Shown piece by piece: positions 14,603 through 23,413 of a DNA stretch of 32,000 nt. The translations under genes were made by a program, and so were the position numbers. Positions within the stretch are counted from its first letter, which is position 1. Each line of letters begins with the position of its first letter. The DNA comes from Aliivibrio fischeri ES114 (lineage in GTDB: Bacteria; Pseudomonadota; Gammaproteobacteria; Enterobacterales; Vibrionaceae): NCBI RefSeq assembly GCF_000011805.1, contig NC_006840.2. One strand, 5' to 3'. The notes beneath the pieces were generated by a model. The model was not told the DNA's origin and did not search any database. It saw only the letters and a list, made by a program, of their open reading frames with translations.

Positions 14603-16981
14603 ATGTCGAAGGAATGTTACCACTGCAATGAGCCTGTACCATCAGGCTCAAATTTTCATGTTGATATCTTAGGTGAAACTCGTGATATGTGTTGCCCAGG
14701 CTGTGAATCAGTAGCGCAAACTATCGTTGAAAATGGCCTGTCTTCTTATTATCAATATCGTACAGCTCCAGCAGATAAAGCAGATCTAATCCCTGAACAA
14801 TTAAAAGCACTTACTCATTATGATCATGAAGAAATTCAAAAAGAGTTTGTGAGAACAAATGATAATTATCGTGAAGTGACATTGTCACTTGATGGTGTAT
14901 CTTGTGCAGCATGTGCATGGCTAATTGAAAAACAACTTTCAGCTGCTAAAGGCATTCATCAAATTAAAGTGAATACTTCAACACATCGCGCATTGCTTAG
15001 TTGGAATCCAGAAGAAACTGAGCTTAGCTCCCTACTTACTTTAATTCATCAACTAGGCTATAAAGCAGCTCCTTTTGAAGCAGACAAACAAGAAGAAGAA
15101 TATCATCGTTCGATGAAGCAATATTTATATCGTTTAGGTATTGCTGGATTAGCCACAATGCAGGTAATGATGCTTGCTGTTGCTCTTTATCTTGAAGTAT
15201 TTGGTGATCTCGACGAAGAGTTCCGTAATTACTTACGCTATGTCAGTCTGGTTTTTGCAACGCCAGTAATGCTTTATTCTGCCTTACCATTTTACATGAA
15301 TGCGTGGCGTAGCCTTAAAGCACGAACATTAGGTATGGATGTCCCTGTTTCAATTGCTATGTTATTTGCTTATTTTGCAAGTGTCGTTGCAACTGTGACT
15401 GAAACGGGAGAGGTTTTCTTTGAATCTGTGGCGATGTTTACTTTCTTCTTATTACTTGGTCGCTTTCTTGAAATGCGTGCGAGAAGAAAAGCCGCAGCAA
15501 TTACAGGTAACCTCCTTAAACTTATCCCAGTAATGGCAACGTTATCTTCAGGAAAGCGAGTTCCGGCTCGTACATTAGATATAGACGATATTGTTGTTGT
15601 TCCACCAGGTGAACACCTTCCAGCTGATGGTATTGTTATTTCAGGAACAAGCGCTATTGATGAATCCATGTTTACCGGTGAATCAATGCCAATTGCAAAG
15701 AGTGAATCCGATACAGTTTATGCAGGTACGATCAATGGTGATGGCAACCTAACCATCAAAGTTACCAAAACAAAAGCAGACTCGCTCATCTCTAATATTG
15801 TGAAACTGCAAGATGAAGCGCAAATGTCCAAACCAAAAGTGGCAGAAATCGCCGATCTTGTTGCTCGCTATTTTGTTGCTGGAATATTGATAATCTCTGC
15901 ATTTACTTGGTTCTATTGGCATGAAACAAAACCAGATGACGCCTTTTGGATTATGCTTTCAGTACTTGTTGCAACCTGTCCATGTGCCCTTTCATTAGCC
16001 ACTCCGACAGCCATTACCTGTTCCACATCACGCTTAGCTCAATTTGGACTGATGTTACGTAGAGGACATGTTCTAGAAACGTTATGTAAAGTAAATCGTC
16101 TAGTTATAGATAAAACCGGAACTTTAACCGAAGGTAATATTCGCTTAGTTAAGGTGAATACATTCATTAATACGACTGAAGAAGAATGCAAAGCGCTTGC
16201 TGCAGAACTTGAATCTTTTGCTAATCACCCAATTGCACAAGCATTTTCATCATTTAGAAAGCCTGAAACTACCTATTTTGAGCGTGTTGAAAATGTTATT
16301 GGCTCTGGACTCATTGGCTATCACAATAACAGTGAATGGAAAATTGGTCATAAAGCGTTTGCAGCTCCGTCAACTCAAATTGCCGATGAAGATAACTATC
16401 AAGTTTGGTTATCTAAAGATAATCAAGTTGTAGCTGCATTTTCACTTGATGATCCAATAAGAAAAGAGAGTAAAGAGTTTATTGATGCTTTGCATAAGTT
16501 AGGCATCAAAATAACTATGCTTACTGGAGATAGTAGCTCTGCAGTATCTAAAGTTGCCAATGAATTGGATATTGATACAGTCGTTTCTGGCGCTTCTCCG
16601 CAAGGAAAATTGGAATATCTCACCTCATTACCAGAGCATGAAATTAGTTTAATGGTTGGTGATGGAATAAATGATGCACCGACTTTGGCTGGCGCTCATT
16701 TATCCATAGCTATGGGATCAGGAACTGATGTCGCTAAAGCTTCTGCGGATATGATTTTACTTGGCGATCAACTAACACGATTAATTGATGCTCGAGAATT
16801 AGCGATGAAAACACGTAAAATTATTCGCGAGAACTTAGCTTGGGCTTTAGGTTACAATGCAATCATTCTACCACTTGCTGTTATGGGATTAGTTGCACCA
16901 TATATTGCCGTTATCGGAATGTCTGGGAGCTCTATTATTGTAGTAACTAACTCATTGAGGTTATTAAAAGAAAATGGCTAG
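14603..16981 (+). CDS. ccoI: Copper-translocating P1B-type ATPase for cbb3 maturation (CcoI/FixI)
   Basis: 792 aa. N-terminal CYHCNEP...CCPGC Cys cluster, HMA domain (GVSCAACAW), TM CPC motif, DKTGTLT, GDGINDAP. It sits between ccoH and ccoS. Confidence 0.93.
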   Translation: MSKECYHCNEPVPSGSNFHVDILGETRDMCCPGCESVAQTIVENGLSSYYQYRTAPADKADLIPEQLKALTHYDHEEIQKEFVRTNDNYREVTLSLDGVSCAACAWLIEKQLSAAKGIHQIKVNTSTHRALLSWNPEETELSSLLTLIHQLGYKAAPFEADKQEEEYHRSMKQYLYRLGIAGLATMQVMMLAVALYLEVFGDLDEEFRNYLRYVSLVFATPVMLYSALPFYMNAWRSLKARTLGMDVPVSIAMLFAYFASVVATVTETGEVFFESVAMFTFFLLLGRFLEMRARRKAAAITGNLLKLIPVMATLSSGKRVPARTLDIDDIVVVPPGEHLPADGIVISGTSAIDESMFTGESMPIAKSESDTVYAGTINGDGNLTIKVTKTKADSLISNIVKLQDEAQMSKPKVAEIADLVARYFVAGILIISAFTWFYWHETKPDDAFWIMLSVLVATCPCALSLATPTAITCSTSRLAQFGLMLRRGHVLETLCKVNRLVIDKTGTLTEGNIRLVKVNTFINTTEEECKALAAELESFANHPIAQAFSSFRKPETTYFERVENVIGSGLIGYHNNSEWKIGHKAFAAPSTQIADEDNYQVWLSKDNQVVAAFSLDDPIRKESKEFIDALHKLGIKITMLTGDSSSAVSKVANELDIDTVVSGASPQGKLEYLTSLPEHEISLMVGDGINDAPTLAGAHLSIAMGSGTDVAKASADMILLGDQLTRLIDARELAMKTRKIIRENLAWALGYNAIILPLAVMGLVAPYIAVIGMSGSSIIVVTNSLRLLKENG

Positions 16982-17150
16982 TTTATATTTATTAATCCCT
17001 ATCGCGATCATGCTGGTTTGCGTCGCTGTCGCTATTTTCATCTGGGCAGTAAAAAGCGATCAATTTGAAGATTTAGATAGACAAGGTTCCGAAATCCTTT
17101 TTGATGAAGAGACGAAAGCCTCAGTAAAAGATAAAAAAAATGAACATTGA
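16974..17150 (+). CDS. ccoS: cbb3 oxidase maturation protein CcoS (FixS)
   Basis: 58-aa ORF absent from the track: MASLYLLIPIAIMLVCVAVAIFIWAVKSDQFEDLDRQGSEILFDEE... This is the canonical CcoS pattern. It overlaps the ccoI stop by 8 nt and the next gene's start by 11 nt. Confidence 0.9.
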   Translation: MASLYLLIPIAIMLVCVAVAIFIWAVKSDQFEDLDRQGSEILFDEETKASVKDKKNEH

Positions 17151-17814
17151 TTTTGTTGCTGCATTTTTTGTGGGCTTAATGGGTGCTGGGCACTGCATAG
17201 GTATGTGCGGCGGGATCTCTGCAGTAATTTCCATGAACGCTTCTACTAGCCGCTTTCCTAAGTGGCAATTTATAGTTTGTTACAATATTGGAAGACTCCT
17301 TTCTTACTCTATTTTTGGAGCTGTTATTGGTGGTGTTTTTGTGTCGATAGCCAGCGCAAGTCAAAGTTATAGTGCATTAGCTTATTTACGTATATTTGCA
17401 GGTTTACTAATGTGTTTACTTGCACTTTATATTGCAAACTGGTGGAAAGGCTTAGTTTATATCGAACTATTAGGTAAAAAATTATGGCACTACATCTCAC
17501 CTCTTACTAAGCCACTATTGCCTCTAAAAAGCCCATTTCATGCGGTTCCGTTCGGTTTTCTTTGGGGTTGGTTGCCTTGCGGATTGGTTTATTCCACACT
17601 AAGTTGGGCTGCAGTTTCTGGAAATGCCATTAATGGCTCACTATTAATGCTTTCATTCGGATTAGGAACTTTACCAGCAATGTTACTTGTCGGTCTTGGC
17701 GCAGAAGCACTAAAAAAATGGTTAAATCATGTTGTTACCAAAAATATTAGTGGATTGCTGTTAATGGGCTATGGTCTTCAAACGATATATATTGCGCTAA
17801 ATCAATTAAGTTAA
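17140..17814 (+). CDS. DsbD_2 / TauE-SafE-like polytopic membrane protein coupled to ccoS
   Basis: 224 aa with about 6 TM segments and N-terminal motif GAGHCIGMCGG. Its start overlaps ccoS. The same position (ccoS, this gene, then anr/fnr) is known from other gammaproteobacteria. Confidence 0.75.
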   Translation: MNIDFVAAFFVGLMGAGHCIGMCGGISAVISMNASTSRFPKWQFIVCYNIGRLLSYSIFGAVIGGVFVSIASASQSYSALAYLRIFAGLLMCLLALYIANWWKGLVYIELLGKKLWHYISPLTKPLLPLKSPFHAVPFGFLWGWLPCGLVYSTLSWAAVSGNAINGSLLMLSFGLGTLPAMLLVGLGAEALKKWLNHVVTKNISGLLLMGYGLQTIYIALNQLS

Positions 17815-17875
17815 TCGCAAAATTTTTGCATAGTCTTATTTTTATGCTACCACTTTAGTGCGACTTAGTTTAAAA

Positions 17876-17889
17876 TTGACCTATATCAA
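17876..17889. promoter_or_regulatory. FNR box (TTGAC-N4-ATCAA) immediately upstream of fnr
   Basis: TTGACCTATATCAA matches 9/10 to TTGAT-N4-ATCAA and is centred about 27 nt upstream of the fnr ATG. Confidence 0.6.
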
Positions 17890-17909
17890 ATATAAGAGCA
17901 TTGAATGAG

Positions 17910-18662
17910 ATGATGTCAGATAACTCAGCAAACAAACGAATTCAGTCAGGCGGTTGTGCTATTCACTGTCAAGATTGTAGTATCAGTCAGTTATGTATCC
18001 CATTTACTTTGAATGATTCTGAATTAGATCAGTTAGATGAGATCATTGAACGTAAAAAGCCTATTCAAAAAGGCCAAGAGCTATTTAAAGCTGGTGATGA
18101 ACTGAAGTGTTTATACGCTATACGTTCAGGCACAATCAAAAGCTATACGATCACAGAACAAGGTGATGAGCAGATCACTGCATTCCATCTAGCTGGTGAT
18201 CTCGTTGGTTTTGATGCAATTACGGAAGCTCAACACCCTAGTTTTGCTCAAGCTCTTGAGACATCGATGGTATGTGAAATTCCTTATGAAATCTTAGATG
18301 ATTTATCAGGAAAAATGCCAAAACTTCGTCAGCAAATCATGCGCTTAATGAGTAATGAAATTAAAGGCGACCAAGAAATGATTCTTCTTCTATCTAAAAA
18401 GAATGCAGAAGAACGTTTAGCGGCATTCCTTTACAATCTATCAACTCGTTTTCATCAACGTGGCTTCTCTCCAAGAGAATTCCGTTTAACAATGACACGT
18501 GGTGATATTGGTAACTACCTAGGTTTAACGGTTGAAACAATTAGCCGTTTATTAGGTCGTTTCCAAAAAACTGAAATGCTAACAGTAAAAGGCAAATACA
18601 TCACAATCAACGATCATGATGCCCTAGCTGAGCTTGCCGGTTCTGCGAAAGAAATTAAGTAA
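17910..18662 (+). CDS. fnr: Oxygen-sensing global regulator FNR
   Basis: Near-identical pattern to E. coli FNR ([23 protein letters not shown]..., [12 protein letters not shown]). The ATG at 17910 gives 250 aa as in E. coli. The track start at 17901 is a TTG. Confidence 0.96.
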   Translation: MMSDNSANKRIQSGGCAIHCQDCSISQLCIPFTLNDSELDQLDEIIERKKPIQKGQELFKAGDELKCLYAIRSGTIKSYTITEQGDEQITAFHLAGDLVGFDAITEAQHPSFAQALETSMVCEIPYEILDDLSGKMPKLRQQIMRLMSNEIKGDQEMILLLSKKNAEERLAAFLYNLSTRFHQRGFSPREFRLTMTRGDIGNYLGLTVETISRLLGRFQKTEMLTVKGKYITINDHDALAELAGSAKEIK

Positions 18663-18683
18663 ATCGTAAAAATTACTGCTTTT

Positions 18684-18722
18684 AAAAAGTGAGGTATATC
18701 TCTTGATGTACCTCACTTTTTT
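18684..18722 (+). terminator. Rho-independent terminator of fnr
   Basis: agtgaggta (18688-18696) pairs with tacctcact (18709-18717), followed by T5. Confidence 0.8.
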
Positions 18723-18812
18723 GCATCTAACTTCCCCACTTTCACTCCCTAACTGCTACAGTATAGATAACAGAACAGTTTTATGAATTTGGTTTTTACC
18801 AAGGAGGTTAGT

Positions 18813-19763
18813 ATGAACCGCTACCGTAAAATACTTGTTGCTGGGATCATAGATCAGGAAGAACAACCTGCACTAAAACGTGCATTAGATATTGCTAATC
18901 GAACTACAAAACCAAGTGAGATCACTCTGTTTTGTACTACTTATGATTTTTCTTATGAGATGACTTCTATGCTATCGGCTGATGAGCGGATGGCGATGCG
19001 TAATGGCGTAGTCTCACAAAAAGTAAAAATGCTTAATGATGTTATTGCTGATTATTCTAAATCAGATCATGTCACCATAACCATCAAAGTCGTTTGGCAT
19101 AACCGTCCTTATGAAGCCATCATTAATGAAATCTTCGATGACAGCTATAACATATTGATAAAGGCAACACGTCAACACGCAAAATTAGAGACCGTATTCT
19201 TTACGCCAACAGATTGGCATTTGTTACGCAAGTCTCCTATTCCTGTTTTATTGGTTAAAGAGCGCCCATGGCCTGAAAATGGTAACATTCTAGCCTCAGT
19301 ACATGTTGGGTCTGAAAACCCTGCACACTTACAACTGAATGATAAAATGGTTGATGAAGCCATCTATTTCGCTGAAGTGTTAAACTCAACACCTCACCTA
19401 GTTAATGCTTATCCATCAACACCACCATCTATTCATGTGGAATTACCTGAGTTTAATGCTGTGCAATATAAAGATGCTATTCGTGGTCACCATTTGACAC
19501 AAATGAAAGCATTAAGACAAAAATACGGTATTCCAGAAGAGCAAACTCACGTATATGAAGGGCCAACTGAAGAAGTCATTTCTGAAGTTGAAGACGAACT
19601 TACCGCAGGACTTGTAATTCTTGGCACAACAGGCCGAACGGGTTTGTCTGCAATTTTTATTGGTAACACTGCTGAAAACACTTTAGATTTACTTAACTGT
19701 GATATTTTAGCATTAAAACCAGATGGTTATATTAGTCCTTTGGACCCTAACCATATCAGTTAA
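18813..19763 (+). CDS. uspE: Tandem-domain universal stress protein UspE
   Basis: 316 aa from the ATG at 18813, preceded by AAGGAGG. The track start at 18783 lacks an SD. Collinear with E. coli UspE (YDFSYEMT, VVWHNRP, TPTDWHLLRK, LGTVGRTG-like). Confidence 0.92.
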   Translation: MNRYRKILVAGIIDQEEQPALKRALDIANRTTKPSEITLFCTTYDFSYEMTSMLSADERMAMRNGVVSQKVKMLNDVIADYSKSDHVTITIKVVWHNRPYEAIINEIFDDSYNILIKATRQHAKLETVFFTPTDWHLLRKSPIPVLLVKERPWPENGNILASVHVGSENPAHLQLNDKMVDEAIYFAEVLNSTPHLVNAYPSTPPSIHVELPEFNAVQYKDAIRGHHLTQMKALRQKYGIPEEQTHVYEGPTEEVISEVEDELTAGLVILGTTGRTGLSAIFIGNTAENTLDLLNCDILALKPDGYISPLDPNHIS

Positions 19764-19771
19764 ATGTCATT

Positions 19772-19807
19772 AAGGCCTAATTCTGAACAAGTATTAGGCC
19801 CTTTTCT
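19772..19807 (+). terminator. Rho-independent terminator of uspE
   Basis: ggcctaat (19774-19781) pairs with attaggcc (19793-19800), followed by cttttct. Confidence 0.7.
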
Positions 19808-19897
19808 CCCAAAATAATCCCGTCTAAACTCGCTTATTGATCTTGTTTGGGTATAATACCCGCCTTATCAGTTCCACCATTAGTTTAGAGTAAGTAA

Positions 19898-20821
19898 ATG
19901 AGCGAATTAACTAAAGCGCAGCAATACAATTTCAATAAGCTTCAAAAGAAAATCCGTCGTAATACTGGTAATGCTATTGCCGATTACAATATGATTGAAG
20001 ACGGTGACCGCATCATGGTATGTCTATCTGGTGGTAAAGATAGCTTCACTATGCTTGATATCTTAATGAGCTTAAAGAAAAGTGCGCCGATCTCATTTGA
20101 CTTAATCGCTGTAAACCTAGACCAGAAACAACCAGGTTTCCCTGCACATATTCTTCCTGAATACCTTGAGAAGTTAGGTGTAGAATACAAAATTGTAGAA
20201 GAAGATACCTATTCTATCGTTCAGGATAAAATTCCTGAAGGTAAAACAACTTGTTCTCTATGTTCACGTTTACGTCGTGGCATTCTTTACCGCACAGCAA
20301 AAGAACTAGGTGCAACTAAAATTGCTCTTGGTCACCATCGTGATGATATTCTTGAAACTATGTTCTTAAACATGTTCTACGGCGGTAAATTAAAAGGCAT
20401 GCCACCAAAACTAGTTTCAGACAATGGTGAGCACGTTGTAATCCGTCCTTTAGCGTACTGTCGTGAAAAAGACATTATCAAATACGCTGACATGCGTGAT
20501 TACCCTATCATCCCATGTAATCTTTGTGGTTCACAACCTAATATGCAACGTCAAAACGTTAAGCAAATGCTTAATACATGGGATAAGCAGTTTCCTGGAC
20601 GTATTGAGACTATGTTTACTGCAATGCAAAATGTAGTTCCAAGTCATTTAGCTGACTTTAATACGTTTGACTTTAAGAGCATTAACCGTGATTCAGGTGT
20701 TATTAACGGTGGTGATATTGGTTTTGATAAAGAAGAAATGCCAACATTACCCGTTGATGCTGACGATGCAGTTGCAGAGTTTGACCCATCATTAAAATTA
20801 GATGTTGTGAATGTAGATTAA
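19898..20821 (+). CDS. ttcA: tRNA 2-thiocytidine(32) synthetase
   Basis: 307 aa with PP-loop CLSGGKDS and Cys motifs [10 protein letters not shown] and CNLCGSQ typical of TtcA. Confidence 0.93.
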   Translation: MSELTKAQQYNFNKLQKKIRRNTGNAIADYNMIEDGDRIMVCLSGGKDSFTMLDILMSLKKSAPISFDLIAVNLDQKQPGFPAHILPEYLEKLGVEYKIVEEDTYSIVQDKIPEGKTTCSLCSRLRRGILYRTAKELGATKIALGHHRDDILETMFLNMFYGGKLKGMPPKLVSDNGEHVVIRPLAYCREKDIIKYADMRDYPIIPCNLCGSQPNMQRQNVKQMLNTWDKQFPGRIETMFTAMQNVVPSHLADFNTFDFKSINRDSGVINGGDIGFDKEEMPTLPVDADDAVAEFDPSLKLDVVNVD

Positions 20822-20835
20822 TTATCTAATACCAA

Positions 20836-20876
20836 ATAAAAAGGCGCAAACGTTAACTGTTTGCGCCTTTTTTTAT
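20836..20876. terminator. Bidirectional terminator between convergent ttcA and the envelope module
   Basis: aggcgcaaac (20842-20851) pairs with gtttgcgcct (20859-20868). An A-run lies upstream and a T-run downstream. Confidence 0.85.
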
Positions 20877-20892
20877 TTTGATTTTATTCGAA

Positions 20893-21540
20893 CTATTTTA
20901 CTAGCCATGGAGTAACTTTTAATGCTTCACCTGGTAAAATAAATTTCACATCATCTTTATACTTTCTAAGATCTACTGTTACTTTTCCATTATTAAGTGG
21001 CAGTACATCCCCTGTTGAAACAGCAACACCACTAGTGACAGCGTCACTAAAAACGAAGGTGATGCCTTCAACATCAGGCATGAAATATTTGGCAAACATT
21101 CCACCAATATCTGCAAGCATCGCATCCATTTGAACCGTTAAGTCTCTGAGTTCTTTAGCTGATACAGAATCACGGAAAGATTTATTTGCTAATACCTCCA
21201 TAGAGATATCACACTGTTTACCTTCCTCTGTTTGGATATAAACTAACGGATTAGCTGACTTTAAATTGTTATCGATTGGAAGAGGCAGTTCTTGGTTACT
21301 TGGAATTGTAAATTCCTCATAATGCTCTTCTTTTTCCATCCATGCCTTTGTAATTTGACAAGCTTTACCTGTTTTAGCGTCGTTAAAGAAAAGTGCCATA
21401 CGAACATCATCATGCCCTTCTTTCTGGTTCACTTTTAATTGATAGTAAAGCTTTGTATACGTAAAGCGGTACTGCTCAGCTTTCACAGGTAGTGCCAAAC
21501 ACAATAGTGACAACGTCGTCGCACTAATCCATTTTTTCAT
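20893..21540 (-). CDS. Secreted protein of unknown function (I recall such Vibrio proteins as DUF2987; unverified)
   Basis: 215 aa with signal peptide MKKWISATTLSLLCLALPVKA/E. The ATG lies 1 nt after the upstream gene's stop. Confidence 0.65.
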   Translation of the reverse strand: MKKWISATTLSLLCLALPVKAEQYRFTYTKLYYQLKVNQKEGHDDVRMALFFNDAKTGKACQITKAWMEKEEHYEEFTIPSNQELPLPIDNNLKSANPLVYIQTEEGKQCDISMEVLANKSFRDSVSAKELRDLTVQMDAMLADIGGMFAKYFMPDVEGITFVFSDAVTSGVAVSTGDVLPLNNGKVTVDLRKYKDDVKFILPGEALKVTPWLVK

Positions 21541-21541
21541 T

Positions 21542-22276
21542 TTATCTCCAGTATTGGCTGTTGTGGCGGATCATCGCTTGAATTTCTTCAACATATGCCT
21601 CACCACGCTCTGAGTAACGAATTAAGCCATTTGCTAATACGTTTGCCTCTTGTTCTGGTGTTAAGTTTTCAGGAGAAGCATGCAATTCCATACGGATTTT
21701 ACGAAGATCAGCATACGCATTATTGCGGTTTACATTCATAAAATAAGCATGTACCGCTTCTTGAGATGAATTAAACTTAGCCACTTCATGTACCGCACCT
21801 TCATTACGCTTACTTGGTACCACACCACAACCTTTAGTGTAACACCACTGACCGAAGTAGTTATTAGCCTCACGAGCAAAACGAGATGTGCCCCATGCAG
21901 ATTCATTAGCTCCTTGGCTAAGAACTAAAGGCGCAGGAATATAATCAACCTTAACAAGCATATTATTAAGCCACTCAGCCGTTACGCCTTTATCAGTTAG
22001 CTTTTCTTTGTATGCTTTTGATAACTCTGTAGCCTTTTCTAACTCTTTTGACGACAAAGCAGTATCGTTGTCGTTTTTGATAACTAAAGATTCAATAAAC
22101 GCACGCTCTTCTTTAACACGAGTATTTTCAGCAATAACCGCTGGATACATAAAGTTAAAAAAAGCGGCCTTTTTTTCTTTAACATCTTTAAATGCTTTAA
22201 AATCTGGCACTTCTTCTTTAGGTGTACATGCTGCCATCATTAATACAGTAGATAAAATTAAGATTTTTTTAATCAT
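21542..22276 (-). CDS. Bax-like glucosaminidase-domain (mannosyl-glycoprotein endo-beta-N-acetylglucosaminidase family) lipoprotein
   Basis: Signal plus Cys (MIKKILILSTVLMMAAC) and a glucosaminidase-like core (QGANESAWGTSRFAREANNYFGQWCY). An alternative GTG start at 22288 overlaps the upstream stop (GTGA). Confidence 0.75.
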   Translation of the reverse strand: MIKKILILSTVLMMAACTPKEEVPDFKAFKDVKEKKAAFFNFMYPAVIAENTRVKEERAFIESLVIKNDNDTALSSKELEKATELSKAYKEKLTDKGVTAEWLNNMLVKVDYIPAPLVLSQGANESAWGTSRFAREANNYFGQWCYTKGCGVVPSKRNEGAVHEVAKFNSSQEAVHAYFMNVNRNNAYADLRKIRMELHASPENLTPEQEANVLANGLIRYSERGEAYVEEIQAMIRHNSQYWR

Positions 22277-22284
22277 TATTAAAC

Positions 22285-23100
22285 TCACGCATTGAAAATA
22301 TCATTTTGAACAGATTGATCAGGTTTATCCTCATCATCTCCACTCTTATCTTTAACCATTACTTTTAAAGTAATACCAAACATATTGCGGTAAATAATCC
22401 CTTTCACGTTGAAAATGAAAGGCATAACTACAATCAAACCAACACCATATAATGCAATACCGAATACCAATGCCAGCATAATAACAATATGAATTAATAG
22501 CATAGACGCTAATTTTTTATTTGTTGCTCTAAATGAAAGTAGCAAAGCTTGTAGTGGTGATACTTTCTTTTCACAAACAAGCAAAATCGACATTCCAAAA
22601 GCCATAGATAGGTATAACGCAACCATAGGTAGATAAATATTTACCATGCCTTGCAGAACTTCAGACAAAATCGTAACTAGCGCCACCATTCCAGCTGAAG
22701 CTATCCCTTTAAAAATATAGCTTGTGCGACATTTTAGACCTGCTGCATGGCTCATTCCCATTAAACTTGCCCCAGCTGTTAATGGAGAAACAATAACTTG
22801 AGCACTCAAACCAGCAACAAATGCAGCATACGAAATCTTCGTCGTTAGCTCTGTTTCACCCAAAAATGCCTTAAACAAAACAGCTGGATCACCAAGTTGG
22901 ATTTGAAGCGCTAAAAAGAATACCGCCATATATGAGAATGTTAGCAATAGTATTGCTGGAGAAAAGACGAAAAAATGTTTAACCGTATTTTTCCAAGCTT
23001 CTTGAAGAACACTCACAGGACTTAACTCAAATTGACCTGAAACTGCCTTTTCAATACTGCCACCTAAGATAAACGTTTTCTCTTTTGGTTGTTCACTCAT
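22285..23100 (-). CDS. Polytopic inner-membrane protein of unknown function (about 6 TM, acidic C-terminal tail)
   Basis: Long ORF. The ATG at 23100 (MSEQPKEK...) is preferred over the TTG at 23115. Six hydrophobic segments and the tail KDKSGDDEDKPDQ. It is the first gene of a coupled three-gene unit. Confidence 0.65.
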   Translation of the reverse strand: MSEQPKEKTFILGGSIEKAVSGQFELSPVSVLQEAWKNTVKHFFVFSPAILLLTFSYMAVFFLALQIQLGDPAVLFKAFLGETELTTKISYAAFVAGLSAQVIVSPLTAGASLMGMSHAAGLKCRTSYIFKGIASAGMVALVTILSEVLQGMVNIYLPMVALYLSMAFGMSILLVCEKKVSPLQALLLSFRATNKKLASMLLIHIVIMLALVFGIALYGVGLIVVMPFIFNVKGIIYRNMFGITLKVMVKDKSGDDEDKPDQSVQNDIFNA

Positions 23101-23413
23101 TTCTGTGTACCACAATAAAACATGGGGCGATTATACGTATTTCAAAGCTTGAGTGCAGTATTCATAAAAAAGAAATTATCTAAATACAAAGTTATTTGTA
23201 ACAAATGACACCAACTTACTGATTTTCGTCTATAATAAAGCTCAAAATAGATACACAAACAGATTGAAAATCAACGACTTTTAAAAAAGTTTGCCATATC
23301 AAATAAAAAAAACTTTTCATATTGTGAGATGGGGTCTATTATGCGCCCGAAATCCCCATTTATAATCAACACTTAAACGCGGTATCACTACCCAAGGCGG
23401 AGATAAAAAGACA

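Noticed and set aside
14603-16981. P1B-type ATPase as part of a heavy-metal resistance island.
   Set aside because: It is flanked by ccoH and overlaps ccoS. It has the CcoI-type N-terminal Cys cluster, and no metal-responsive MerR/CopY/CusRS-type regulator is nearby. It is the cbb3 copper-delivery ATPase.
23341-23376. 11-codon upstream ORF ([11 protein letters not shown]) and a 6-bp hairpin (23329-23334 / 23354-23359) in the potA leader, considered as a possible polyamine-responsive leader peptide.
   Set aside because: There is no clear SD and I know of no conserved precedent. The hairpin is short with a 19-nt loop. The evidence is insufficient.
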